The position numbers and the translations under genes are program-made. Below the pieces are notes generated by a model. It ran no database searches. It was not told the origin of the DNA and worked only from the letters and a program-made list of their open reading frames with translations. Below, piece by piece: positions 38,336-52,887 of a stretch of 64,000 bases of DNA (positions within the stretch are counted from its first letter, which is position 1; each line of letters begins with the position of its first letter). This DNA comes from Eledone cirrhosa (lineage: Eukaryota): contig OZ024742.1 of the NCBI GenBank assembly GCA_964016885.1, forward strand, positions 74,958,001-75,022,000, written 5' to 3'.

Positions 38336-40891
38336 TTCTTCTGGTTTTATAATTTCACAAAGTTTTACCAATAGAGAGAGATTCGGTTTCTAACATAGAC
38401 ACAAGACTCTCTCATTGGAATTTACACATCAACTAGGTAGATATGTATATATGCATGCATGTGTAGATATGGATGTTATTGTATGTGTGGATGTGCATGT
38501 TTTGAGTTGTATGTGTGCATGTGTATATGCTTTGCATCTGTACATGTGTATATGCAGTTATTAGATGCAAAATTTTTGGAATGTTTTACATATTTTTAAT
38601 ATTCCATTAATGGATTGCACTTGTAATTTCCTAACTAGTTGTGTTCTTTCTCTTCCTGTGAAGCCTAGCTTCTCAAGATTTGTATTGAGGCAGTTACTAA
38701 CATATCCCAGTGCCCCAATAATCACAGGCATAAATCTGAAGGTATAGTCAGGGTGGAGTATCTGCAGATTTCTCATCAGTTCTGCATAAATATTCTCCTT
38801 TTCACTAATCTTTGATATTATATTGGCATCTGCTTGGGCAGCTAATTTCCACTACCGTGCATGCTTTCTTCTCCCTGTCCCATATCATATCTGGTCTGTT
38901 ATGCCTGCATTTTATTGGGATTTTTACTGGAACATTCAACCAGTACTCTTTCATATTATGTACATGGATGTCTTCCACATTGCTGTAGCTTTTAATGTGT
39001 TTATTATCGGGGCTACCTTTTTTTACGAACTGAATGGTACAGTATTTTGGCCACTACATCATGCCTCATAGGTAGATAGTACCGCGATGACATCTTTGGA
39101 CAGCTGCTGATGACATGGGTGATATCCTCGATGTTAGTTCTGCAGAGTCTGCACTTGTTATCACATCTAGGTGTTTTGCCTGCATCCCTATCTCTTTTGT
39201 GAATCAGGTATTTCGTTTTAATCTCCTGTTCCTGGATTGCAAAAGCATATCCTTCAAAGTGGGAGCCAATATAGTGGTTGTTGGTCCAAGATAGACTACT
39301 TTTCTTATCTATATTACTCTCACTATGGAGCTTCCTGGCAATATATCCATGCATGATTTTTTGCTGATAGGCATGCAGTTTTTCATCCATGGAATCACTG
39401 CGATACTGCTGAGCGTCATCCCTGGGTGTGAGTTTTTGATTATCACACGGGGAATATCTCTCGAGAAGTTCCTTCCCAACTCTCATGATCTTATCTGTTT
39501 CATGCAGATAGACTTGCTCGAGAAACGGGCTCCTACGCTTCGAAGTTCGTAGATGTTGTCGGAGAGATATGATGCGACATTCAAATGTTGTCTGGACTGA
39601 TGTTAGGCCTCTGCCTCCCTGCTTACGTTTCAAGTAAAGGCGGTCTATGTCACTGTTGGTGTGGATGTTTCCGGTGTTGTTCAGTATTTTTCGAGTACCA
39701 AATTCAACTGCTCGGATTTCGTCTATCGTCCAATTGAGTATTCCAAACGTTGGTGTTAGGATAGGCACAGCAAACACATTGTGAGCCACTGTTTTGTTTT
39801 GCGCAGTGAGTTCCGATGATCAGATCTACGCGTTCTTTATTACAGATATCTTTGTTGGTGAGGAGTGAGGTTTTTTTCTGTTTGTTTTCATGTAAGGAGC
39901 ATTGTCACATATCCTATATTTTTTCGTAGGTCAGCAATCTTTTTTTCTATTTTAGTTATATATGATGGTATTTTTGGTGGTGTTCTGTTCTTGTTAATAT
40001 CTCTGCTATCACCAAGATAATGCTTCACTGTCGTTGCTAGGGCATATAAACAGGCGTTGATTTGCCAAAATGTTGGGGTTTTTATCCGTCGTAAATATTC
40101 ATCCCCTATTTCACCAATAACACGTAATATTTCATTATTTGTTTTTTTATTAAACATTGTCGTTTTAACACGTTCAGCAAGAGAGATATTTATACATGAG
40201 TTAATTTCTCTCTGGAAGATTTCGTTGAGGGAAATTTTCAATTGTTTATACTTTTGATTATCATTATCGATAGTATTTTCCACAACAGTCGAGGTAGACT
40301 CGGATGGTACACGTGGTGTCAAATTTCTTCGATTATTATTATTATCGATAGTGTTTTCCCCAGCATTCGAGGTAAACTTAGATGGTACACGTGGTGTCAA
40401 GTTTCTTACAGGCATAGTTGTTTCAAGACGCTGTGCGACCTGGCTGCTAAGATGTCTAGTAGCATGGCGACCTGTAGCACGTGTTGTTGATAACATGTTT
40501 ATTGTGGGGGATTGTTTTTTGCCATTTTATAACAATTAAATAAATCATTATTAAGTTCGCAACCCCAAGAGAAATGCGATTTATAATTTCGGTTTCTTCT
40601 GTAGCTACGACTGAATAAAGTTTGATTACCTTCCTTGTTATTTGTCTTCGGTACTTCCTTAATATATTTGTTGATGTTGTGTTCAACCATGCTCCTTGTA
40701 AAATGAATTATGTATTTAGTCGGATATCTCTACGAATTCGAATCAAAGGTGTCTTCAGAAGGTATAGTTAGGAGAATAACCAGTTATTCAACCTGACTGT
40801 AGTTGTGGCATTACTCTCGGAGATAGTATTCATCTTAAATTTAATAAATAGTCTCCCACGCCAAAATATGCGACTGATCACGTTGACTGTC
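38336..40891 (-). mobile_element. R4/Dong-like family B element, both ends present, RT deleted
   Basis: N-terminus RNRNY..W..ELN..L..CY homologous to family A; junction near 39825 jumps to AHNVFAVPILTPTFG; CCHC, RHD and RLE present; ATGT flanks. Confidence 0.85.
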
Positions 40892-41481
40892 TATGTATGT
40901 ATGTATCTATGTATGTATGTATGCATGTATGAGTGTTTGTATGAATGAATGAATGAATGAAATTATAACCCAAATCTGTTCAAATCTGCTAATTTATCGT
41001 CGCTGCAATAAAATTTAAAACCGAGTTATTTCCCCAAATTAGATAAACTGCAATCCCTTACATGCAATTGAAGAGTTATCTGAAAAGTTCATAGGCTGAC
41101 TAAGATACTCTCATGGAATGACGAAATGAGGTTTATTTTTCAACATACTCCCTGGGAAGAAACAATGCAGTTATTAATAAAGAGTTAAAATCAATGCATG
41201 CAAGGTTTCATAGCCTTCAATCCTTCATAGTCAGCATATGGACCTTTCAGCCGATCCTCATATTTTACCCAAATTACGTAAATTGCAACCAAGAGAGATC
41301 TGCGATGATATTCGTATGATTTTTGTTTTTATATTATTTGTAGTTGTGTTTTTAATGTTATTGATTTTGAACATTAGCCCCAGTCAGCAATGCTAATCGA
41401 AAAATCATACTAATCGAAAAATCATGATACGCTCATCCAGTTTTTTCTCTATATTACATACAGAATGGACTCGTTAATAAT

Positions 41482-41648
41482 CGTTTCTACTTTTGGTACA
41501 AGGCCAGAAATTACCCCAGTGCATTTATCGACCGTAAGGATGAAAGGCAACGCTAACCTCGGCTGGATTTGAACTCAGAACGTAAAAGGCCATAACACAA
41601 TGCTGCAAAACATGGTGTCTGACGCTCTATCGATACTGCAAATCCACC
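41482..41648 (-). mobile_element. tRNA-derived SINE, 14-bp TSD
   Basis: GACTCGTTAATAAT at 41468 and 41649. Confidence 0.9.
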
Positions 41649-42795
41649 GACTCGTTAATAATGGGTCATAGTCAGATTTTTAGCATGGACAATTGATTAA
41701 GTTATTATTTAACTATTGCCTTAAAAACATAAAGTGATTAACATAGAAGTTCCATTATTGATTTATTGTACAAGTACATAGCATTTTTTGAAGAGAAGTT
41801 TGCAGTTCAGTTCTAATACCCAATCTAAGTTTATCCAAGAAAAGTCATTGTCGTGCAGAATCCTTTAAATCCAGAAGTTTTATTCAACTTAATAGGTGAC
41901 CTCTTCAACATCCAAATGGAGGCCAGCTTAAATATTCTTGATCTGGTGTAAACATATCAAAGTCATGCAAGCTTGCATGTTAGCATAAAAAATTACATCA
42001 CACCTTCCAAAAGTGAATTAGTTTGTTATTTGAGTTCTCTGTCTAACACCATTTGAGGTGTTTGTTCTTGTATCAGTTGTTAAATCACAATCTTCATTAA
42101 CTGAAGCTGGGATACATTTAGATATCTGTTAATAGAGCCTGAAAGACAATCAAATATTTATTGATATAAGCTGGAATACATTCAATGATAGAAATTGGAA
42201 TACATTCAAATGTTTATTAATAGAAACTGGAATACACTCAAATCTTGAGCGACTAACTCTGCATTTTGTTCGCTGTCATTATTTACACAAGAGGGCCGTA
42301 AATTCTAGTATTGGTAGAATATCGGACAAAATGCTTTGTGGTATTTAGTTAAATCTGAGTTCAAATCCCGCCTTTCATCCTTCTGGGGTAGATTACATGA
42401 AATACCAGTTAAGTTTGGGATTGATATAATCGATTTCCACTTCTGCCAAATTGCTGGTCTTGTGCTAATTTTAGAAATAATTATTTGGACCAGCTGATTT
42501 ATTCTATTGACAATTCATAATCATTGCTAGTTTGTGCTTTATCATATCTTCAGCATCGCTGCCAAGCTTCAATTTCATATAACATTATTAAATTTCATAT
42601 ACACATTGTTAATTATTAATATTAGTAGTTTACAATTATATATATATTGTGTTGAATAACATTACACCCAAGAAAATAAATGGATGGAAAATATCATTTT
42701 TTATCATGGTCACATTGGTCCAACCCACTATAATTATTAAGTTTCAAACGTGATACAGCATTAGTAGGTCGTATTTCAGATAGCTGTGTGAAATC

Positions 42796-42964
<169 letters not shown>

Positions 42965-43792
42965 ATATATATATATATGAGTGTGAGTGTGTGCCTATCT
43001 CTCTGTCTGTATGTCTGTCTGTCTATGTAACTATCTATTTATTTATAAATCTATTAATCTATACACTAGTCTATCTATCCGCAGATGCCAGCCACATTAT
43101 ACCAATCTTTATCTCTGATAAAGAGGTACGAATGACATAATCGTTGGGATTGCGTACTGCTATTACTGTCTTCATCTTATCATATTTGTAGAGTTTAACT
43201 AACTATTGGTGGGATAAGTAATTCTATCGGGCCACCATCATTGTACAGATCCACGCATGCAGAAGTTTGTGGCGATATTAGACACTTGTGAATATAAATA
43301 TTACATTTTGACTCAGTAATCTCAACAGGTATCAGTGAGACTTTGTACACCAATACTGGTCACTGCAGCCTGGGGTACATGCTAACTGCATACACCAGAA
43401 CGTAAATTTGTCTAGGCCAACTTCTTGATATTAACTCCTCCATATTCATCTTTAAGTGATCAATAATAAAACCTCTTCTGCTCCCTCGTATTCCCCTTTT
43501 TCCATCTCTCTTCAACGAGAGTCATACTATGCGATTACTTTGGATTGAAAAGCATTCTTACACAGAATGTGAAATCATCGAATTTGTTGGTAGATCCAGT
43601 GGGTTGTTACTCTGGAGTATGTTAGAGTCTCCCCAGACAGTGGTCAATTAAACCCAGTAGAATTCAATCTGAAAAATGTGTAACATAATATCCAGGAGAA
43701 AAAAGCCAACTCAACAGGCTGCTGGATTGATCTAAATAAATTATTAATTACTACTATGATGTTGGGTACACATTCTAACGCTCACCAACAGT

Positions 43793-43880
<88 letters not shown>

Positions 43881-43881
<1 letters not shown>

Positions 43882-44249
43882 AATTTAGCTTCGGCATAGC
43901 TGTATACATACATGTATGTGAATTTCGTATATCTAAAGATATACGGTATGTTTAATAAATAAACATTTTGAAAGCCCAGCTATAAATGGAAGGCTGACGG
44001 CCAGCGCCGTCTAGCGAATTCCAGCAGAAGCAGCGGAGGAAAACTGTCAATGCATTTCGAGCTTCTGGCTCTCATTAGGAAAGTGCTTTCCCTTGCTTTC
44101 TGCTAGAGCATGAAACAGGCGAAAATATATAGTTTTTACATCTGTGTAGGTGGACTGATTAAAATGTTTATTTATTAAACATACCGTATATCTTTAGATA
44201 TACGAAATTCCCATACATGTATGTATACAGCTATGCCGAAGCTAAATTT
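43881..44249. repeat. Foldback element with ~89 bp inverted arms
   Basis: 43881-43969 is the reverse complement of 44161-44249; diverged single arm at 13478-13575. Confidence 0.85.
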
Positions 44250-44452
44250 TAATTCTATTTTAAAGTTGAGCCAACTTATACAACATCATATGCGAATGAG
44301 GTTAATCAGCCCACCTACACTGAAGACATACATTGCGATTCACCTATATGACTAACAACTGACTCATAACTTTATTTGACCATAAAAAAAGTGTTTATGA
44401 TACCTGTCTATAAAGCATTGATTTATTTTTGTCAAGGAACATCATTATCACG

Positions 44453-44598
44453 ATGTCTAGCTACCTTCACCGTCCAAGTAATATAACCTTCAGATATCAA
44501 ACGATCCCACAACGCTTGAGTTTGTTAGCCGAACAGAAACCAAACAAAATAGCAGTTGTTAACTATAAAAGCAAAGAAGTTCGGCATCAAATAACTCG
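44453..44598 (+). CDS. Acyl-CoA synthetase-like gene 2, exon 1
   Basis: MSSYLHRPSNITFRYQTIPQRL..LAEQKPNK.AVV...IT resembles ACSF2-type N-termini; donor CG|GTATGT; phase 2 joins in frame to 46855. Confidence 0.85.
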
Positions 44599-45399
44599 GT
44601 ATGTATTGTCTTTAATTCTATATTAATTTTCTACCGTGTCCTCACGATTCATTTGTTAAATTATATTTCAATAATAAAATCGATTATATATCTAATATAT
44701 TTATTTCTTGATATTTATTTATATATTGATACTTAACCAACTGTTCATATGATTTTTTTTCTGTAAGACTTTTCAGGTGTTTAAAACGCTTTGATGTCTT
44801 ACTTAAACAATTTCCTATTCTTTATACACATTGTTTATATCAGTCACTTATCTCATATTATCCATATCCAGGGTTGAGTATTTGACGTTACTAAAATATA
44901 TCAACCCCCATAGGAGTCAATATCGATCAAGTGGCTATATTATTTGCATTTTTATTTGTAGAGTAGAAGTGGCAAAATCATAAAGAGAACTACAGTAAAA
45001 GGCTAGATCTCCCAATGTGAAATAGTCATAAGGAATAGAGTTAAGGGACCATTGATAGAAGGAAACCAAGCAATGTTTAACGATAGAATTAGAACGAAAT
45101 GGAAGTGCTATACTAGCGAACTCAATTCAGACAAACATAAACAAGAGCTTGGATGTAGACATAATGAGACTATAGTTCAAAGTCTTCATATTTTCAGTGA
45201 TAAATTGTGCAGATGACTTGTTTAGTTGTTGGCTAGAAGTCCTATATTCAAATATTTTCCAGTGTATAAGGCTAACTTGCTCCTGCCCCCAAATGTAATG
45301 TCAAACTGTGCCAGTACTTATAAGCATGACAGTATTTCCCACACGTGGATCCAGGAAACACCAATAATAAAAAATATACTAAATATGTCATGAGTAAGT

Positions 45400-46300
45400 G
45401 GTAAACCAATCTGCATTAAGAAGAACAGTCAAGAGAATATTCCAAGAGGACTCCCTCTTTCAACTCTTGTTCTGTCTAACAATTCCACCCTTAACTGAAA
45501 TGCTAAACACGGATTGTGCTTGGATACAAATACTATGGCCGGAGAATCAACCATCTCGTCTCATATATGGATGATCTCATGTATATGGATGATCTCATGC
45601 TGTACGTTGCAGAGGATATAGCCAACTACAAACACTGCTGCAGATAGTTTCTCAATTTACTAGAGAAATAGGTATAAGATTTAGACTTAAGAAATATGTA
45701 ATTGTTTCTAATTTAGGCACAAGGCCAGCAAATACCCAGTGCATTACTGGTACTTTATTTTATCGACCCCGTAAGGATGAAAGGCAAAGTCAACCTCGGC
45801 GGGATTTGAACTCAGATCGTAAAGGGACGTAACTATGCTGGAAAGCATTGCGTCCAACCCTCTACCGATACTGCCAATCCACCACCCTTAGACTTAAGAA
45901 ATATGGCAAAGCAAACGGAAGAGAGGACGATTAGCTAAGAATAATATCATGATAGATAAAGAAACTTATATAAGTGAATTAGATCAAACACAAAATTATT
46001 TAGGAATCAATGAATTAAACAATATGCAACACGCACAAAGGAAAGAAAATATTAGAAAGGAATATTATAAACAATTAGATTACTACTTAAAACAAAACTA
46101 AATGCAAAACAAAAGTAATGGCAGAAATACCTTTGCAGTTCCCAGCTACAGTTTTAATATTCTTAACTGAACAATAAACAAACTAGCAAAATGAGAAAGA
46201 TAATGGCTGCATTTTGAATACGCCATTAAACCCCAAGATAGTGAAAGATTATACTTATCACGAATACCTGTAAAACTTACATAAGAGAAGAATGGAACAA
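45400..46300 (+). mobile_element. Degenerate R4/Dong-like RT remnant in the intron
   Basis: IFQEDSL, INHL, YMDDLMLY and YLGI remnants; interrupted by a SINE. Confidence 0.6.
45699..45887 (-). mobile_element. tRNA-derived SINE, 18-bp TSD
   Basis: TTAGACTTAAGAAATATG at 45681 and 45888. Confidence 0.9.
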
Positions 46301-46547
46301 CTGGATGTAGTAGGAAGATTTTACTCTGGCCGCTTACAGACAATAGATTTGACCGAGGTTTTTTAGGTATGAATGTGAGTGAAGTATTCGTAGAAAAAAG
46401 CAAGAACGTGTCATAATGATGAACACATAAAAGAATAGCTTATTAAGTGTTCAAGATTTGAATATGATATACCAAGCACTCTATAAGTAAAGTAATATAA
46501 AGATTTCATTAATGTTTAAATACTGACTTTCATATTAAATTTATAAT

Positions 46548-46731
46548 TGTTTCTACTTTAAACACAAGGCCAGCAATTACCCAGAGTGCATTACTGGTAC
46601 TTTATTTTATCGACCCCGTAAGGATGAAAGGCAAAGTCAACCTCGGCGGGATTTGAATTCAGATCGTAAAGGGACGTAACTATGCTGGAAAGCATGGTGT
46701 CCGACTCTCTACCGATACTGCCCATCCACCA
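46548..46731 (-). mobile_element. tRNA-derived SINE, 16-bp TSD
   Basis: ATATTAAATTTATAAT at 46532 and 46732. Confidence 0.9.
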
Positions 46732-46854
46732 ATATTAAATTTATAATGCGATTAATATTTAAATGTAAAATGGTCGTTGTGATAACATGGCATATATTTT
46801 TATATGAAAGCTATTGCCATATGCATTAGTTCTATTTTCATTGTTTTATTGCAG

Positions 46855-48340
46855 AAAACAAGTTTACGATGGCGCAGAAAATTTTGCCAAAGCACTGGTT
46901 AACTTAGGAATTCAGAAAGGTGAGTTAGTTGCCTTCTCTGTATCCAACTGCGTTGAATGGCTAATATATGAGATCGGCATAATGATGGCTGGAGCAATTT
47001 CAGTAAGATTAATGCTTGGATTGGCAGATTTTAAAACAGTATTATATGGCTGTAGCTTAGTCATATTTGATTCCGAATATGTTTGGGAAAATTTTCTTCG
47101 TCTTGCTGAAGTTTCAGATAATGGGAAGGTTTCGAGTGAAATATATCCGATGTTGAGATTAGCCATTGCTGTCTCAGAAGCCGAGCGTCCTGAAAATGTT
47201 TTATCTGCAGCTCAACTGATGGCAAATGTAAGTAACAAAACTGATATAATCTTACCATACATAAGTCCTGATGATATTGCTATAATTGCACAATCATCCG
47301 GTACCACTGGTGTTCCTAAGCGAATTTGTCACTCACACTTTAATTGGATTAGTGGATTTTATGTACTTCACATTGATATTGGTGTTACTGAAGAAGATAT
47401 TGTTTATTCTAGCCGTCCGATGGGTTATGTTGTAGGGAACCCAACAATGTTTTTATCACATGGCTGCACACATGTCACGGGAGATGTGAAAATGCTAAAT
47501 AACAACCAAAATCAAGATATAATCATGGACTTGTGGAAGAAAGAAAAATGTAGCATAATATGGATGGTTCCACAAAAATTAAAACTAATAAAAGATACAG
47601 GGTTTCGAGTAAGACGTATTTTATCGGGAGGTGATTTGATACTAAAAGAGTGGATTGAAAATACATTTCACATGGCAGAGAAATTTTCTCTTGTATATGG
47701 ATGTACAGAAGCTGTAGTAATATCGCAGAGATTATTTTCCAAGGAAGATATTGACCAACATCAACGAGGAATGTTAGGTAGACTTCTTCCAGATTCTGAA
47801 GCTAAAATCCTTGATGAAAATAAAAAGATTGTCCCATTTGGAAGGCACGGATCTCTGTACCTTCGTAGTAGATGGATGCAAAAGATATTTCAAGATGGTA
47901 GCTCTTGCTTAGAAGATGGATGGTTGGCTACTTCAGATATTTGTCAATTGATGCCCGAAGGTGATTTGATAATGATTGGAAGAAGTACAGATTTTATTAA
48001 AAAATCTATGGTGAAATTATCCATAAAAGTTATTGAAGAATATGTCGGGAATCACCCCAGCGTTGAAGATGTGGTTGTGGTTCCAATACCGGATGAACAA
48101 TTTGGTGAATGTATTTGTGCATGTGTTACAATTGTATCAGGTCATAAATTCTGTAAAGATAATTTACTGAAATTTTGCACAGAAACAATGCCGCTTCCAA
48201 GTAAATTTGACCATGTAACAATAGTTCCAGATTATTTCTTACAGTTTACAAGTTTTCCAAAACTTGCCAGTGAAAAATTTAACAAAACTTCCATAAAGGC
48301 TTCAGCCATTAAAATAGTGAATGAGTCATATGGAAAGTAG
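46855..48340 (+). CDS. Acyl-CoA synthetase-like gene 2, exon 2 (spliced product about 543 aa)
   Basis: SSGTTGVPK, YGCTE, TSD, GR, VVPIPDE.FGE; acceptor TTGCAG ending at 46854; colinear paralog of 7747-9253. Confidence 0.92.
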
Positions 48341-50510
48341 ACTTTACTTAAAACTCGTTTATTTCTAACTAAGAAACTATATCAAACGGAACTTGTTTTT
48401 TTAATATGTTGTTCATAACATATATTATCATTCTTATAAATGTAATTTCTGAAGAGCGTTAATAAAAATGAAAATACTACAGCTGTAATTGAGATTATGT
48501 TGATATCTGAACATTGAATATAATTCCTACATTTTTTAAAAAAAGTGGAGTAATAGAATAGAAGATAAAGTAAAGGAGTGAGAGGTGAAATATAGGAAAA
48601 AAAATTATATATAAATTATATTAATTCTATCCTCATTGTCAACAAGGTTAGAACAGCCATTTTAATGTTTTTCCTACGTCTACAAATGATATACTCTGAA
48701 TCAGAATTGAAACTGCGTTATGGACACGATTTGCCATGATCTAACACATGTGCTACATTGTACGGCTCTAGATAAATATTGCTTTCCTTGCACAAAATGA
48801 AAGTTTCATATTTCAGGAAAGAAAATATTGGAATTGTGACATTCATGAAATTAACTTTTTTCAGCATACCGGTAAAATAAATCAGAGTTATTAACTTTGA
48901 GAAATATATACGCTGTATGAGAACTGCATAGAAAAAGTCCGGATTCCGAACTAGAGCCATATCATATATTTTATATTACCTCCAAAGAAACTCACGAATC
49001 GCATATGCCATCATGTTCCTCTCCATTTATTTGTTGATTGATTTTCGAAGTAAAGAAAGGATAATACAATAGTCTGCAATTCCAACAGCATTTTTTCTAA
49101 TAATAAAAATATGGTAGGTTGGTAGAATCTTGAAACCTTGTGATATTTGTTCTACTACTTTGACTTCTGAGTACAAATTCCATCGTGATCAAATTTCCAC
49201 TTCATCCTTTCAGTATCGATAAAATAAGGTATGCGTTAAGTCTTCTCGATTTATTCAACGTAACCTGTCTCCAAACTTTAGAAACTATTTTTTGCTGATA
49301 AAAAAAAATCTTCGTAATCAGCAGAAATTACAAGTATGTCTGCAGTATATGACAACAGTTTATACGTTTATGTAAAAAGTATTGTTTCTATTACTAAACA
49401 GTGCAGTTATGGTTGTGTGGTCTGCGTGATGTTAGATTCAATTCTTTTACATGACATCCTGACAGATATTTTCTAGTACAGCTTTGAAATCAGGTGTTCC
49501 GTTGGAGGATAACTTTCACTTCTCATCCCACATATCTCCAGAGACATGAAAAATCTCTCGGACATTAAAAAAAAGTTATACAACTGTTTGAAATTTTCCG
49601 CCTTAAACAGAGAATCCATACACTACAGATGCTTCTTATGTTTTAACTTCAACTCATCCCTGATGAAGTAATCGTATGATCATTAGATGTATCTAGTACT
49701 ACGTTTATCTCAGGCTTAGTTTGATGCAGATTTAACTGATCTTTCTATTAAACCGAGTGACTACGTTGTAGCTCCTCCTTTAGATCGAATATAGCACGGT
49801 CGATATACTACTGTTGACAAATTCTTTTCGTCAAGATATATTGGTAAAATGCATAAGCTTCCATCAAATAAATACTACAATTCGGTTTCGATTCTCACAT
49901 GACACTATATTAATACCTCTTGGCTCTCTACTACCTGTAAGGAATGTTACAGAGGAAACAACCTCCCATTTTTTTCCTCGCATTTAATATTGGGTCTTTG
50001 AGCTAAGATAATGAGTAGCCAATATTCTCTTTACCTGATTAACTATCCTTAAAGAGCAAGAAATCTACTCACAGGAAGATGATATTGTGATTTGAATTCG
50101 ATTTGTGACAATCTTTCAACAGTAATTGAAATGGATTTAAACACAAAAATCATATGTGCTTCATTCTATAAAATTTGTAATTTTGATTCAAAATAAGAAA
50201 TAATTTGTAACCTACAGATATATCATTTTGTAACTTACAGATCCTATCAGATTTGCCTTTTTATTTACATCAATGATGCCGAAATTAATGGTTATTAATC
50301 GATCTATTTTACATCAATAAATAGTCATACAGGACGGCTTAATTCACTGTTGTTGCAATTTGTTCTTTTATATTATCGTTGTTGTTGGTGTTGTTCGTGA
50401 TGTTACTACTATATTTTGAAATACGATGTTTTTCTCTACTACTTTGCAGCAGTTATGTGACCAGTTCAAATAAACATAAAATCCCTAATCAAAGGAAGCA
50501 ACATGTATTT

Positions 50511-50558
<48 letters not shown>

Positions 50559-50669
50559 GAGAGACTTGAATCTAATAAGAGCAGCTGTTTGGATTGAAAT
50601 AACGTCATAATTTCTCAACGAATAATCGCATAGTTTGTCACGGAGATGACAAATTATTATTTTAAGTCA

Positions 50670-50856
50670 AGGGTGGTGGATTGGCAGCATCGGTAGAGGG
50701 TCAGACGCCATGCTTTGCAGCATAGAGTTACGCCTCTTTACGGCACCTGAGTTCAAATCCTACCGAGGTTAACTTTGCCTTTCATCCTTATAGGGTCGAT
50801 AAAAGTACCAGTAATGCACTGGGATAATTGCTGGCTTCGTGCCAAAAATAGAAACA
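50670..50856 (+). mobile_element. tRNA-derived SINE
   Basis: Family match; flanked by the direct repeat ATTATTTTAAGTCA. Confidence 0.88.
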
Positions 50857-51119
50857 ATTATTTTAAGTCATCAGTTCTACCTATATATATTAATTTTTTT
50901 TTTAGCAATCAATAAATTATTAATCTGGCAAATGAACAGGCTAATGGGAGTGTTTAAATTAAAATAAAAAAAGATTCTTTTAGGAGCAGTAATATACATC
51001 ATTTAATATTGCCTAGACAAAATGTATCCAATACAATGCATATATATATATATATATTGCCGATCGACTTTCGTCAAATCGGACCGAGGAAAGAATGTTT
51101 CCGTTGGTCTTTCCAATTG

Positions 51120-51153
<34 letters not shown>

Positions 51154-51320
51154 CACAGATAAATCTACCAATCAATAGTAGGGTCTAAATTGTATGAAGA
51201 ACTCAATGTAATCCGTATGTAGATATAGATATCGTGAAGCAAAGTTTAAAATACAAAATTTTCAACGATATAATTCATTGGATACAGAGTCAAAAATAGA
51301 AATATTAAAACAATGAAATT

Positions 51321-51374
<54 letters not shown>

Positions 51375-51382
51375 GTATACAC

Positions 51383-51430
<48 letters not shown>

Positions 51431-51530
51431 ATGTATGTATATATATATATGTATTATATATATCAAGGTTTAGCAAATAAGAAAAAGTTTCAAAATAAAT
51501 TTCAAAAAATTCATTGAACTCACTATGGTT

Positions 51531-51617
51531 ACCTTTACCGAATCGGTTTCGAGTCTCAAAAATAAATGGACAGTCCTTGCGGCCTTCCATTTTAAAGATA
51601 AACTCTTGTCAGAAGGT
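51531..51617 (-). ncRNA. Type I hammerhead-like motif with long helix II and a core G8A change
   Basis: ACCTT-CTGACAA-GAGT...ACTC-GAAA-CCG.att.CGG-TA-AAGGT. Confidence 0.6.
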
Positions 51618-51969
51618 TGTTTTCACTCGGAGAATATAAAATTTCCGAGTTCAAATTACGAACTGGCGCTATTCAAAATTGTTCCCGAGATGAGAATGAA
51701 TGATGTGGAAGCAATTCTGTCCAGTGCCGTGTGTAAAGATAGAAGCAGAGGCAGGGATGTCAGTCTACTTCCACTATTATATATATATACATAACGAAGG
51801 AATTGTGGATAAGGAACCAGATGGACCATAACGCACCAAAGTACTCAATACTCAGGGTAGTAGAGTGGGTAATAGGAACCCGACGGCAGAGCTCAAGCCG
51901 TTTAGACGGCTATTTCTGAAATAGCCGTCGAAACGGGTTGAGCTCTGCCGTCGGGGTCATACTTGTTCC

Positions 51970-52027
<58 letters not shown>

Positions 52028-52073
52028 CATGTGCGACCACGCAGTATTCTTCTTTCTTCTCATGTTTTTTTTA

Positions 52074-52157
<84 letters not shown>

Positions 52158-52833
52158 GGCTTAGTAAAATCGAATCTCTGGTTGTGTGCAAGCAAATTCG
52201 ACTTACTATATGAATGAGTTAGCAAAGCACTCGACAAGGTAGGTCCTTAGTGTAATAACATACGTTAAAATAGCTTGACAAATTGAATATTGTGGTAGGC
52301 AAAGTCCAACACACAATACCAAAGTAACGAAAGAACTAACAGGTTGAAAAAATACACCTGGACAAATGAAACGTTATACGTTTAAAATTTTTCTATGAAT
52401 CCGATATCAAATATCAGACTTACGTAACTGGCAAGCTCATAGTATTTATGATCGAACAGAGGACTCAATTTGATCAACAGGAATTTCATTCTACCAAAGA
52501 ACGGGGCGAGATACTAAATGTTGCAGCTAGCAGCAGCGAATCAAAGATTTAGTTGTCACGTGTTATTTACAACAAGGGAAATAACCCCCGGTTTTTGGCG
52601 GATCATTCAAAGTGTTAGACAAAGGAAATATTATAATTTCCGCTAACATTCAGAATAAGCTCTCGACCAGATGTTATTAAACAAACACAAATAATTAACC
52701 AATCAACAGAATTGTCTAATTAAATTAATTAGTTAATTATTAAATCTAGGAGAAAATAATATAATTGGAGACTTAGTAAAATCGAATCTCTGGCGGTGTG
52801 CAAGCAAATTCGACCTACGATATGAATGAGTTA

Positions 52834-52886
<53 letters not shown>

Positions 52887-52887
52887 T

